From NCBI GenBank assembly GCA_946965045.2, contig OX337238.1:1922001-1986000 (forward strand): a stretch of 64,000 nucleotides of DNA. The letters are read 5' to 3'. The stretch's first letter is position 1. The number at the start of each line of letters is the position of its first letter. The position numbers were made by a program, and so were the translations under genes. Shown in pieces: positions 22,883-34,795 of the stretch. This stretch comes from Epithemia pelagica. Taxonomy: Eukaryota; Protista; Bacillariophyta. The notes beneath the pieces are model-generated. The model saw nothing but the letters and a program-made list of their open reading frames with translations, had not been told where the DNA came from and ran no database searches.

Positions 22883-24675
22883 ATGATGAGCTTGTTATCG
22901 TTATCGAAACATGCTGGCTCAGCTTCATTGAATGTGCCGGAATTGTTGCATAATGCCGGACTGCACCTCTCATTTCTGCGAAAAATCCACCAACATGACA
23001 TTAGGCAGTTATCCCGCAAGTCGCTGGATCGTTATCTGAACTTCTGGTTACCTCTTGTTGCGAGACTCAACAACGAGCTTGTCAAAATCAAGTTTGTACC
23101 TCCCTATGACATTGCATGGTTGTGGCATTGTCATAGATTATCTCCGGTTCGGTACGCAATGTATACTAGCCAACGATTTGGCAAGATTGTCGAGGCTCCT
23201 GAGCCCTTTTGCTTTTACTCTAAGAAAGTGGAAACCAGGACATCACAATACGGTCATGGTCACTTTGCTATCCAAACGAACCTTTCTTTCTCAATGACGC
23301 GCAGCAGCAACTGAACAACGACCGTTCGATAAAAATTAAAGTTGATGGCTGGGGCTTACTTTCGAGTGCCTCTCGTCAATCATTGTTCTGGTTACAAGTA
23401 TCAGACCCTCGTTTCGAAGATCTGGCCTTCCTCAAACAGGCAGTGCACAAGTACTATCAATTTTTAACTTTGAAGGAAGATAACGAGGAGCTCCCGTTGG
23501 TTCCAACCTTTCAGATTGACATCATCTGGTATACTCACATCTTATCCTCTACTTCCCAGTACATCGAGGACTGTAAGAAGATCCGTGGAAAGATTTTGGA
23601 ACATGACGACTCTCTGAGTGATAACCTTTCGGGGGACGTCTCTCGCGGGGGTTCCGTTCAAGAAACATGTCGCCTATGGAAAAAGGCGTACGGGGAAGAC
23701 TATATTGTTAAGACTGGAACTTGTCGAGTAGAAGAAATCAACAAAAGTGCGGACAGTGAAGGCACAAATATAATTTCATTTAATCATAAAGACTCTTTTG
23801 CTGAAGGGACATCGGGCATGTCGTGTGACACATCTTTCCATGAAAAATGCCATCTCTCGAAGGAGATTCCAGAAAAGGATCCAATCGAAGATTCCGCCAC
23901 CGACTCGGTCAATATTTGTACCCCATCATACGAGAAGGTTGGACTGACATCACGTGTGAGGGAGCGGAAAAGGGAAAAGAGAAGAAGATATAGACAACGA
24001 CACAGAAGGAAGCTTGCGGAGAAGAAGAAACAGCGAAAGAAAAGGAAACAAGCGAAGAAGAAGGAGACAAAGGGCAATATTCCTGAACCTGTACAGAAAA
24101 AGGAACTTGCGGAGGAAAATGGGAAAGAGAAGAAGAAGACGAGGGACACTGTTCCTGAACCTGAAAGAGAACGTCTCTGGCAGAAACCCCGGATTGTGGA
24201 CGCTACATTTGTTTTTCCAGATCGCATTGTCTATGGTTATATTCCCTGGAAAGCCGGATATGTATTTGGATCAGTTCCTCTTCATCTACCCGGCTACTAT
24301 TCGTTGGAAACCAGAGAAGCATGTATGATCCTTAAACGACGAATGGAAAAACGAGAACGCAGACTTCACCGGATCAGTTGCGCACGCTTCCGTTGGAGGA
24401 AGAACCTGTATGAATTGCGAACGAATGAAATGGAGCGCGACTTGGTGTCAACGGTTGAAATCTTGGCATACCTGGAAGCTCGCTTGGCTTCCCGTGGACC
24501 GCAAGTTCCCATTCCAGATTCAAAAGTCGAGGGTTTTCGTTCAAGTCATCTGCGCCGACATAGACTGCATATGTGTCATCCATATGTTCCAGGATACTGG
24601 ATGAAATTTGATGGAAGCACAACTGAGTTTGATTCTGACCCGATTCTCAAATGGGCCTCAGTCGCGCGTGGATAA
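22883..24675 (+). pseudogene. Glycine-rich-domain/DUF1399 (GRDP-like) protein, frameshifted near 23225
   Basis: VPPYDIAWLWHCHRLSP and LVPTFQIDIIWYTH...HDD repeats. The intervening WSLCYPNEPFF...SRQSLFWLQV reads in the downstream frame, and no usable intron was found. Confidence 0.75.
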
Positions 24676-24770
24676 AGTACTGATGTCCTGTTTGCATCCT
24701 TCTTCACATTTTGTTGCAGTCACGCAACTTGGTGGCTGCAGTTTGAATTCCTGTTGACCGCGGTGTTTAC

Positions 24771-26300
24771 TTAATTAGTTCGATTAGGAACAGCTTCGGA
24801 CAGCAATGATTCTACGTCATGGAATTTCTTGTTGATGCCTTCCGCCTTGTTTTGTTGTTGTATTGCTCTTGCAATCTTGCCCCAATCCTGGAATGTAAAA
24901 GTAAGCAACATAGTCAGATTGGTAAGAAGGTAGGGTGGCCAAGTGCAGCTCCAAAGAGCGACCAGGCCACCTTTCCGCACAATGGCGAAATAGAAAGTAG
25001 ATGGCATGCCGATGAACCACATAGAGACGGTAGAAACAATACCAAACGTGAATTGCATTCCCAGGCCAATTGCGATCCCACTCGAGATCCCAAACAAGCA
25101 GAAGAAGAAGAAGTACAGGCAACTGTGAAACCATATTTCTTCGCACATGGTCACGACGGTGGGATCGGTCGTGAACATATGGACAATATGGTCTTGAAAT
25201 AAATACATGGAAATGGAAGCTAGGCCAAACACAACAACACTTAGTGAATACATTCCCTTGGCCAATGCTTGGGCGGAAGGTGCACCTGCTTGAGAGAGAG
25301 TCGAACCAAGGCGAATGGCCAAGGCAATGGCCATACCAAGTGGTATGACGTAGCCAATGTCAGTGAACTGTCTGGGAACGGTATGAGCTGACAAGGGGAG
25401 GACACCGAACGTCCCAATCATCACAGTCAATACTTCCCAGTAGACCCATTCCAAGTAGGCCAACATTCCACCGGTACCCAGAAATAAAAACTTGAGAAAC
25501 GGCTTCCACTTAAGAGCCTCGGGCATAGATTTCAGACCGGGCCATGTGTCTGGGTTATGAGGTTGATATACATACAACCAGAGTATCACGAAGGAGCATT
25601 CTACGATGTAAAAGAATGTTATTGCCATCGCAGCTCCAGCAAAACCAAAAAAGGAAATAAAGAAATGAAGGCCAAGTGGAAGGACAATGCTGGTACAGAC
25701 GAGTGTACTAAGTACCATGGGCGCCAGGACATTTTGAGCGGACAGGAACTTCCATAGAATTTCATAAAGAGCATAGAATGGAAAACTTGTCGCATAGTAT
25801 GGATAGAAATGGCAGGCTGAAGCCACCGCTTCCGGATCTTGATCGAGCGACATTAATATGTTGTTCAACGAAAAAAGCAGCACAGTATTGACGGGCACAA
25901 TAACCAGTAGCGAAGCCATAAACCCTCGAAGTGCCACCAATCCAACTTGCCGAAACTGATCCGCCCCATGGGCACGGGGACCCAAAGTATCACAGGCGTT
26001 GAAGATTCCTTGCAAGAGCGATAAGGTTGATAAATTCCCGGCCCCCCAGGCCAAAGTATACCCGTCCAATGCCACATCGCCATAAGTTCGTCCGACGTAA
26101 GAGGCGGCCAGAAACGGCGGGATGACAAAACTCAATTGCACCACAATCGTGGGTAGTGCCAACTGAAACAGCCGATGTACTTGCTTCCATTGCAACAACG
26201 AGGTGAAACACAGCGAAAACTCATAGGATTTCTTCTGCGCCTTGGGTTTCGTCAGACGCCGAGGTTGTGGATTTCGACCCGACGAAAAGAAGAAGTCCAT
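24771..26300 (-). CDS. MATE family efflux transporter (509 aa)
   Basis: About 12 hydrophobic segments. CDTLGPRAHGA, LWKFLSAQ and EWVYWE motifs are typical of eukaryotic MATE. Confidence 0.9.
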   Translation of the reverse strand: MDFFFSSGRNPQPRRLTKPKAQKKSYEFSLCFTSLLQWKQVHRLFQLALPTIVVQLSFVIPPFLAASYVGRTYGDVALDGYTLAWGAGNLSTLSLLQGIFNACDTLGPRAHGADQFRQVGLVALRGFMASLLVIVPVNTVLLFSLNNILMSLDQDPEAVASACHFYPYYATSFPFYALYEILWKFLSAQNVLAPMVLSTLVCTSIVLPLGLHFFISFFGFAGAAMAITFFYIVECSFVILWLYVYQPHNPDTWPGLKSMPEALKWKPFLKFLFLGTGGMLAYLEWVYWEVLTVMIGTFGVLPLSAHTVPRQFTDIGYVIPLGMAIALAIRLGSTLSQAGAPSAQALAKGMYSLSVVVFGLASISMYLFQDHIVHMFTTDPTVVTMCEEIWFHSCLYFFFFCLFGISSGIAIGLGMQFTFGIVSTVSMWFIGMPSTFYFAIVRKGGLVALWSCTWPPYLLTNLTMLLTFTFQDWGKIARAIQQQNKAEGINKKFHDVESLLSEAVPNRTN

Positions 26301-26643
26301 GGCATCTTTCTCTCTACAATCATCTCATTGTGCAGGGGAAGGAAGTTGGAAAACTGTTAGCGACCGAATAAAACAATCGTGGTCGCTTTAAGATCAAAGT
26401 ACCAGCCCCACTGAAATCACTCTCAAGCGAGAAAACTTATTCGTGAATGGATTTTCAATGAACTACCGGTATTCAAAGTAAATATGAACATATTTCGAGT
26501 CCCGTAACAAGTATAACGTCTGAGAGTATCACCGTGGTCATAGTCCCCCACCTGGAAAAAGGGATATTCGGTCGCGTTCCCCACGTACTATCGGATGAGA
26601 TATGCGTCTTCAAGACATCAACATCAGAGAGTTCGAAGAGACC

Positions 26644-28544
26644 ATGATATTAACTGTTCTACATTCGATCGTTCTCATTGCTCTACAGCTAGAGTCAACG
26701 CAATGTTTCCAAGCAGTTTCACCTCAAACTAGGACTCGATGGCCGATATCACGCGTTCAATCGTTGTCTTTCGTTAAGTCACCATCCGGTGCAAGAACCC
26801 AGTCACCTTCTTTTGTTGGTTTCGCGAGGCAGCTTCGTCGCCTTTCAGCATCACAATCAAGTGATTTCTCTACTGCTTCATATGATGAAGTTTGCGACGT
26901 ACTGGTTCTTGGAAGTGGCGTGGCGGCGAGGTCCATTGCGTCTCTCTTGGCAGCACAGGATCTTTCCGTGATTTTGTCAGATCAGGCATTTGATCGTCCG
27001 TTTGTGCCAAACTATGGTGTGTGGAAAGATGAATGGGCTGCTGTATGCGATAGATTTTACGAAATGGGAGTCACCTTATCAGGGGGATCAGTTGGGAATG
27101 CCATTGATCGGGAGTGGCAAGTAACCGACTGCTATTTTGGTGGTTCCTTCGACATTCCCACCGAGACTCGTATGCGACTTGATCGTCCATACTGTCGCGT
27201 GGATAAGGACGCGCTACTACAGACATTGACCACAAAAAACTACAAGACTCTGTATGCCAATCATGCCAGCCGTGCCATTGGAGTGAATCTGTATGAGCCT
27301 GCTGGAAGTTTGATGCACGATAGTACCGGATCCACCATTCGCCTGGTTAAAGAAGATGACACAGAGGTAACAGTTCGCTCCACCTTAATTGTCGATTGCA
27401 CTGGCCACGAAACAAAGCTGGTGCTTCGTGAGACAAGAGATCCCTACCTTTCACCTGGTTTCCAAATTGCGTATGGAGTCTTGGTGGATGTTGAAGAAGA
27501 AAACTCGGAGTCTCTCGATATTGGCCCCTACGCCAAGGATGCCATGACGCTGTTCGATTACAGAACGGATCATTTTGATGCCTCAGATGACAAAACTCAA
27601 CAGAAAGTTGCCAGCGCACCTACGTTCATGTATGGTACGTTTTCTCGCATCAGGGACCAACGTGCGAATCCATTACTTTTTCTAACAACAAAACAGCCAT
27701 GCCTCTCAAGGACAATAAGATCTTCTTCGAAGAAACATCATTAGTTGCTCGACCTGCTGTTTCTTTTCAGGAATGTAAGGATCGGTGCTTTCGTCGCCTT
27801 GAACATCTAGGAATTAAAGTCACGAATATCTACGAGGAGGAGTTTTGCTACATTCCCATGGGTGGGGCTTTGCCAACCAAAGACCAGCGGATACTAGCCT
27901 TGGGTGGATCGGCCGCAATGGTACACCCGTCTACTGGATATCATTTATGTCGCTGCTTCATGGGCGCGGCAGACTTGGCTACTGCCGTGGTCGACGAATT
28001 AAAGAATGGCTCGGGTTCTCCAGACAAAGCCGCTGCGGCAGGATATCACAGTATATGGACACCTGAAAACATTCGACAAAGAAACTTTGCCGTGTTTGGA
28101 GGAGACTTTCTGATGAAGCAAAATGTGGAAGGACTCCGGGGATTCTTTGACGGTTTCTTCCGATTGCCCATGCCCATGTGGTCTGGCTTCCTCGCTGGCT
28201 GGCCGGGTTTACCGGGCAACGATTATCATGACAACTGGGCATCGCGGATGTGGTATGGTGTGTTATTTCTGTCCAAGTTGCCCTTGCAGGTGTCGCTAGA
28301 TATGGTGTCAAGCATTGCGGGGTATACTGTCTTTGAAAACTTGTCGCTGATGCAGTCTGTCACGCCCTTTTTGGGAGTTCCAGATTCATATGAATATCAG
28401 ATGAACACAGACGTGGTCGGTGATGTTGCTGCCAAGAGCGAAGCCCGGAAAATGCTCATGGAGTCGAAAGTTGAGGAGTTGGTTCCGGTTGCATTTGAAG
28501 AAAAAGAGACTAAGTCCATTTCGGAATCACTCTCATCGTCGTAG
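26644..28544 (+). CDS. LCYB: Lycopene cyclase (beta-type, CrtL family), plastid-targeted (2 exons: 26644-27634, 27697-28544)
   Basis: DVLVLGSG dinucleotide fold, NYGVWKDEW, FMY|AMP, FFEETSLVARP, EFCYIPMGG and VHPSTGY. 62-bp intron; signal peptide ending TQC-F. Beta versus epsilon specificity is inferred from lineage. Confidence 0.82.
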
Positions 28545-28913
28545 GGAAGAGATGATCCAACTTCGCATTTTAGAGCCATTTCAGAAAAATGTCCGATGAA
28601 TGATGTCGTGAGGCGAGTGTTGAAGCAAGCTTAAGAGTTGGAAGGAACTTGGATAGCAAAACTGAAAGAGAAAAACTAACTTTCGTCTTTTAGTAAAAGC
28701 CTCATGAGTCTTTCTCTTGTATACAAAGTTGAATTTGTATAAAAACATTCTTGAAATATCACATGGATATGCCGACATTGGTCGCGATAGCGCTGGAGCA
28801 GCGGTCGTTGCATTGGGACCAAGATTATGAATCACTGTCGAGCATGATCGTACGCCTATCATGCCTTTTCGGAGGATTGTGAAGACTTTGCAGTAATAGT
28901 TCGCAAAGTTAGA

Positions 28914-30332
28914 TCAAAGAGATTTGATCTTCTGTGAATTCAGTGAGAGATCTGGGGTTCCGTGTAGCGTCATCCAAGCTTCAACTCTAAATCGAAGAAA
29001 AGCAAAGACGAGTGTTTTTTGGTGAATACTTTGTGCGTCCTTCAATTCGGAGGGAGAAGAACAGGCCACCAAAGCGCGTGGCCAAAGTGCAAATGGCAGG
29101 AGTGACGACGTCACACGCTTCAGCCATAAGTTCCGAACCAAAATAGACTCTGCACGTTGTTCCGCCCGTGTGCTGGAAACCCCTGTTTCCCTAACCGGAG
29201 ACTGCGCCCAGAAGGTTTGCAATTTCGTGTGCTGGTACAACGCAGTCCAAAAGACAGTTTGAGGCGATTTATCGGCGGATGCTCTTTGAACAAGACCGTC
29301 CGAGGAAAACGTGACAATTGGTTCCTCATCACATTCGTCTGGATCAAACTCTTGTGTAGTATCTTCGTTCGTTTGGTCATTGGTGACCCGAAACAGCTCC
29401 ACATTGTGAGATAGGGACAAAAATCCGAGACTTGATTGCGACCTGAGTAGCTTGGCCAAACTACGAAGTGATTGCGATGTTAGTTGATTGCGTCCCAGAT
29501 TCAGAGTGTGCAAATGACACAGAGGTATCTCAGCGTCATTGAAAAAACGCTGTTTGTGAGTGGTACACATTTGATTGTTGTTGCTCATGTTACTTGAAGA
29601 AGGACTACAGGAAGCCAAGCCGTTCTGTACCAAGATGCCTAGCATGTCATCGTCAATACTCCCTTCGTATAGTGTGAGTTTCTTGAGACGTGAATTGTGT
29701 CTCAGACCCTGGCAAAAGGATTCCATCATGACACGATCTAAATGGCAGAAACAAATCATGAGTTCCGTCAGGTTCACTTCCGACTTTGGAGCGGTCAACA
29801 GCAAGCGTTGCAAACTCGTGCCAATCTGCGCTCCACAGAGATCCACACCATAGAGCACCAGTTTGTCCAGTCGATGCAATCCTCCATGCTCCAGAAATGT
29901 TGATACTGTCCAGGCATCCCATGGTGTTTCCAGCAACCGATTTTCAACCTCTACATGCCTCAGGCGAGGCAACGATTTCATCAACTTTGTCAAGAGTTTT
30001 ACGGAGTTGTCGTCACGAAAAGTGCAGAGATCCAATTCCAGCTCTTCAATACGGTCACAACAACGACCGCGATCATCTTGCTCTTCACTTTCAGTCTCTA
30101 ACAGTGATGGCTTATGCTGGTTCGGTTGTACCAACGCATCCAAGAGGTACTCCACCGACGGTTCGTCCAGGTCACAACAAAGCCGCAAGACAGAATCTTG
30201 GCCGAATTCAAGGTATTCCGTCCAGCATTTGTGGACCTGTTCGATGCTACTCATTGTGCTCAAGGGATTCTCCGCTCCCATAGCTTCAAAAATTGTTTCC
30301 GTTTCATGATCAATGTACTGCTCCATCTCCAC
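28914..30332 (-). CDS. RNI-like leucine-rich repeat protein (472 aa)
   Basis: Repeats IEELELDL, LDKLVLY, LTELMI, LKKLTLY, LHTLNLGRNQLT and LGFLSLSHN. Confidence 0.8.
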   Translation of the reverse strand: MEMEQYIDHETETIFEAMGAENPLSTMSSIEQVHKCWTEYLEFGQDSVLRLCCDLDEPSVEYLLDALVQPNQHKPSLLETESEEQDDRGRCCDRIEELELDLCTFRDDNSVKLLTKLMKSLPRLRHVEVENRLLETPWDAWTVSTFLEHGGLHRLDKLVLYGVDLCGAQIGTSLQRLLLTAPKSEVNLTELMICFCHLDRVMMESFCQGLRHNSRLKKLTLYEGSIDDDMLGILVQNGLASCSPSSSNMSNNNQMCTTHKQRFFNDAEIPLCHLHTLNLGRNQLTSQSLRSLAKLLRSQSSLGFLSLSHNVELFRVTNDQTNEDTTQEFDPDECDEEPIVTFSSDGLVQRASADKSPQTVFWTALYQHTKLQTFWAQSPVRETGVSSTRAEQRAESILVRNLWLKRVTSSLLPFALWPRALVACSSPSELKDAQSIHQKTLVFAFLRFRVEAWMTLHGTPDLSLNSQKIKSL

Positions 30333-30879
30333 GTCTATTCCCCTTCCTTCTTCTTCGGTTCGTTCTCAATCATCAACATAACCTTACAAATTTGGCGACT
30401 CAACTGTCCTTCGAATCTCCAGAGTTCATGGTCTTTATATACCTTTGTAGTATTGAAATCATCACCATACGTTCACGCTAAGAATATAAATGTGCCGCGA
30501 TGTTCCTAGCTAGGAGTAGCTAGTAGAGCCGAAGATAGCAAGCCATAAATGATTCAATAACTCAGTGACGAACATATCTTCTAAGTTGTAATTGTCGTCC
30601 ACTGACCTTCCAATTGGTAACACAGCAAGCAACGATTGGACTCCTTCTCATCGGCGGGCAAATGGTGACTCGACAATCGTCACGGCACAGACCCTCTTTA
30701 CTCCTAGACTATAGGCAATGGAATGGATGAGGAGCCAGTTCAAACAGTTTGAGAAGATGTTGGTTGGAGGACCAGTTCCTACCCAAGAGAATTGTGAGAC
30801 GCCGATGTCGAAGACGTTTTATGCTCTTGATCCAATCACTTCGTTCAAAACGACCATCCTTTCTTCCGCAAGGATTTTA

Positions 30880-31036
30880 AATGCTCCTTGCGGTAGTCCT
30901 AGCTGCACAATCAAAAAGTTGAATGTTGAATCACTCCCATCCTTTCCATCACAAGGTTTATGAATGCTCCTCGGTAGTCCTAGCTACACCATGTAGTCCT
31001 AGCTGCACCATCAAACAGTTGAATGTTGAATCACTC
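30880..31036 (+). repeat. Imperfect direct duplication (~57 bp) with an internal GTAGTCCTAGCT triplication
   Basis: AATGCTCCT...GTAGTCCTAGCT...GTTGAATGTTGAATCACTC at 30880-30936 and 30963-31036. Confidence 0.7.
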
Positions 31037-31183
31037 AGTAAAACATAAACATATCTACAGCTGTTAGCGCCATCCAATCACCATCCAATTAGGAGAATCA
31101 CGTTGACTGCGTCTCTTCGGTGGCGGCGCCATGACGATTCGAGAATCACCACGACATACGGCCAAAACCTACTAGGAGTAGAC

Positions 31184-31824
31184 TTAGCAATTGCATGGAG
31201 GAGCAGTTCCAACCTGTTGGGAAATAACAAATGATACAGTGAGATGTCATTGTCGCAAGACCTTTCTTTTTTTGGCCCCATAAACTCGCTCACGAAACGA
31301 CCAACCTTTCGATGACAGCGGGGACAATAGTGTTCTGTCGTCATGCAACAGGGGCATACAAAGGGCAACCAAAACAAGGGCCAAAAGACTAAAATCATCA
31401 CAATCACGCCCACAACGGTACAACAGTCAATCTGACTTCGTGTTCGTGTGACACCTTGTTGGTTGCAGTACGGACAGACTATCGATGATGCTTTTTGTGA
31501 GAGTCCAGGGAGGGAAACTTTCCCAGCAGGAGGAGGAGCAGCAGATGCTGTGTTGGTTGTCGAAACCGCGACTCCTCCTGTCGTTGCAGTGGCTGCGGCA
31601 CCGGCAGCTGCTGGAATATAGGTTGTGGTGGTTGTGGTTGTGATGGATGGCTTGTTCGCTCCAGGCCTGGTCGTGCTAGAAGAAGCTGCTACTTGTGGTG
31701 ATGGTTGCTGAGTCTGCGACTGTGCCACAGTAGATTGAGACGGAGGAGTGGGCTCCATTCCGGGAGCATAAGCAGGCGGATTCTCCACTACAGAAGCCAT
31801 TACTACTGGTACCGCATCCGTCAC
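31184..31824 (-). CDS. LITAF-domain protein (intron 31305-31214; start uncertain)
   Basis: CPYC...hydrophobic segment...HYCPRC. The intron restores KVGTAPPCNC*. First in-frame ATG is at 31800; the original 5' end may be lost. Confidence 0.82.
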
Positions 31825-31899
31825 AACGAAAATCTCGTCCTCTGCCGGAGCAGAGGCGTTCGCTTTGCTGGTTTCTGTGCATGGATAGTGTACAGCAAC

Positions 31900-33958
31900 G
31901 CGCGGCCGTGGCCATGGGATTGTTCACGAGTACCGTGTCACTCATTTCCCCCGACAAGAGGGAGGTCAAGGCTTTGGGCACACCCAAATGCGTCCCGGCG
32001 ATATTCACAAAGGCATGGACATGCTGGTCCACCCACTAGCGTCCCCCGCCTCCTCCTCCCAATCGTTGCGGTGTGGTCACCCAGGCAAAGAAATACTGCA
32101 CGACCAAGACACCCATGGAATGACTGGCAATCACCACTTTGGTTCGGCCATCATGGCTGCTACTCACCATGGCCTCGATGCGATATTTGACGCGTGTCAA
32201 GTATCCATCCCGTTCTTCCAATTGGGAAAAGGCCAATCGCCAATCGTAGGGTTCGACCGTCATTTCCGACGGTGTGTATCCGACATCGGCCAAATTTTCA
32301 ATCAATTTGCCAAAGACCCAATAATGGGCCAAAAAGTAATCGACAGCTTCAAAGCCACTGGCGGCCCGCAATCGAATCGTCGTTGCATTGTCGTCCGTGG
32401 TGGGATCCCGGCCCGTCCAGGGATCCAATCGCATGTGTCGTCTCCAACAATCGCGATCGGCCAAAAAGGATCGAGCTCCGACCAAGGCGGCCCACATGCG
32501 TTGTCGAAAATGTTTGCGGGCGCAGTCCTGGCCAGCCCAGACTTCCAAGCCGGACGTGACAAAGCCCGGAATGAGGACGAGGGGATAATGGGCCCGAGCA
32601 CCTTGTTGGGCCAATTGAAAGCCGGGTCGTTTTTGTTCCATGGTCAAGTACGGTATCGATTTGCTCAAGGATTCATTGCCCCAGGACCGCAATTGTTGGA
32701 CCAAGGAGGCCAAAGGAGGGGGAACCGCCGCCCAGGAAGAAGAAAAAGACGTGGTCTCGTTATTCCTACTATTACTTGTAAATGGAGTCACGGCCGCCGC
32801 CAATACATGGTGATGCCACCGCAATTCGGATTCTACCACATCCAGGCGTTTCACGGTGAGCAACAAGACCAGTTCCAAGATGCACAACAAGAGCGCCAGA
32901 AAACCGAATTTGGTGGGTTTGGATTCCATCCATGGAGAGGAGGAGGATGATCGTTGACGTTGTGGTGGTGGTGGTGGTGGTGTGAAGGATGACGAGGATG
33001 AAGAAGTTCGATTCGGGTGTTGTACACATTGTGTTCCATGCAAAGACGTGGGTGGTGTTGGTTGGAGTGTGCGACACCACCACCACAAGGTGGAACGTGT
33101 TGGCGACACGCCTCGTGGGGGTGTTGTTGTTGTTGTTGTTGTTGTTGTGGTGGTGGTGGTGGTTCCGGTCCGAGCAACAAAGCGTTTCATCCCCCAACGG
33201 ATAATGGCATGAGGTGCGGAGCGAAGTGTCCCTGGAGGAGAGAACGACGAACCAGTGTTGTCGTGGCGGTTGTGATTGTGGCTCTTGTTGTCGGCCGGTT
33301 TGGGTGGATCCGGCCACCCTTCACTCGTCGGGGGATCCTCGTCGTGAGTTTCTTCCATGAGGAAGAACGAAGAAGAGCACGACCGTTGATCCTGGTCTGC
33401 TTGTTCTTGTTGTTGTTGTTTGATTTCATGTTCAATCGAGTCGTTGTCCTCCTCCTGTTGTTGTTGTTGTTTGGTGGTTTTAGTTTCAATCGAGTCATTG
33501 TCCTCCTCTTCCCCCGAAAAACTCGAAGACACGGAGGAGGAGGAGGAGGAACTGTTGTTGTGGTTGTTGGTGGTGGGAATGCAAAGAATGTGCGTGGGAG
33601 GATGGATGCGTTCGGTTGGGAACCGACCAAACGACACGGGAGGTGATACGGATACTGATACGGATGAAAACGGCGGTGGAGCCTCTGTGGGTCTCGCATC
33701 GGTCGTTCTTGGCAAACACGGATGCCGTGGTACTTGTGATGATTGTGATTGTGGTGGCACATGGTTCTTCCAATCCTGTTCCTCCTTTGGTTCGGGTAGG
33801 CTCTGCTGGTCTGGCAGGAGTGGCAACCAACAATCATCATCATCATCATCCATTGCATCTCCGGTTGCTGTTTCTTGTTGGATTTCGTGTTCCTGCATGA
33901 GTCGATAGGTCGTCGTAGCAACAAGACATGGTGGTGCTGGTGGTGGTGTCTGTTTCAT
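31900..33958 (-). pseudogene. PDAT: PDAT (LCAT family) pseudogene: nonsense codon plus 3' truncation
   Basis: LIPGFVTSGLEVW, PYDWRL, ASHSMG (catalytic Ser), then an in-frame TAG at 32038-32036, then WVDQHVHAFVNIAGTHLGVPKA...SGEMSDT. Recognisable similarity stops near 31910. Confidence 0.85.
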
Positions 33959-34534
33959 CCTTGGTGGTAATAGTAGTAGTAGTTGCTGTTGTTCCTGTTC
34001 TTGTGTGGTTTCTTGCTAGTCGAGTATACTAACTGTGCGGAACGAACCACTCTCACAGCACCACCGCAGAGAAGCGTCGTGTCAACAAAACAATGAGAGA
34101 GTCCAAGATCTTGTCGCCTCCTTGTGCAGATTCTGGTTTCCCCCCTTCTCTTTTGCTTGTACGTAGTCTCGCGTTGAGAGAGAGAATGGGAGAAAAAAAG
34201 GAACCCTTTCTGTGGCGTTGTGTTCTTCCATGATTTCGTTGTTGTGTTGTTCTCTGTTTTTTGGGAATAACCTTGTGGGATCGGAAATCGGAACAGGGAG
34301 AGAGATTCGGATTTCGGATTGTTTCGATGCTATACTCCTGAGCGCTCTCGTATGAAAAGTAATTGAAGTTGTCTATTGAGTTGCTTTGAATGAACGCTCA
34401 AACGCCGTGACACGGCGACATTCGAGATGCGAACCCGTTCCGCGAATTAGAAGCGACTAGATCCGCGACTCTATGGAAACCGTGACACGTCCGCGACAGC
34501 TCGTGACTCGTGTTCAAATCCCACAATGGGTCAT

Positions 34535-34747
34535 CGAATAAAACTCGCAGTAACTACGCGGTGTACTCACAGGCTTAGGTGGAACTCAGGATTTCATGCA
34601 AAAGAGTGACCATACGGTCCAAGTTTCTAAGGGTAAGAGTTATCGCTAACAATAACAAGTCTTCATATCGCCAGAAAGTGGGTCCGCATGCCGACCCCAA
34701 AACGGTTCCGCGCCGGGCATTTGCCGGCGTGCTGCGGATTTCATTCG
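34535..34747 (-). repeat. 3' LTR of the Copia element
   Basis: Base-for-base identical to 40661-40873. Confidence 0.95.
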
Positions 34748-34795
34748 GTCCCCTCGAAGATATGATGCATAGCAGTCATAGATTCGATCACAGAG

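Noticed and set aside
32194-33924. Many overlapping ORFs in both strands over PDAT
   Set aside because: These are shadow frames kept open by trinucleotide repeats; only the PDAT frame has family motifs.
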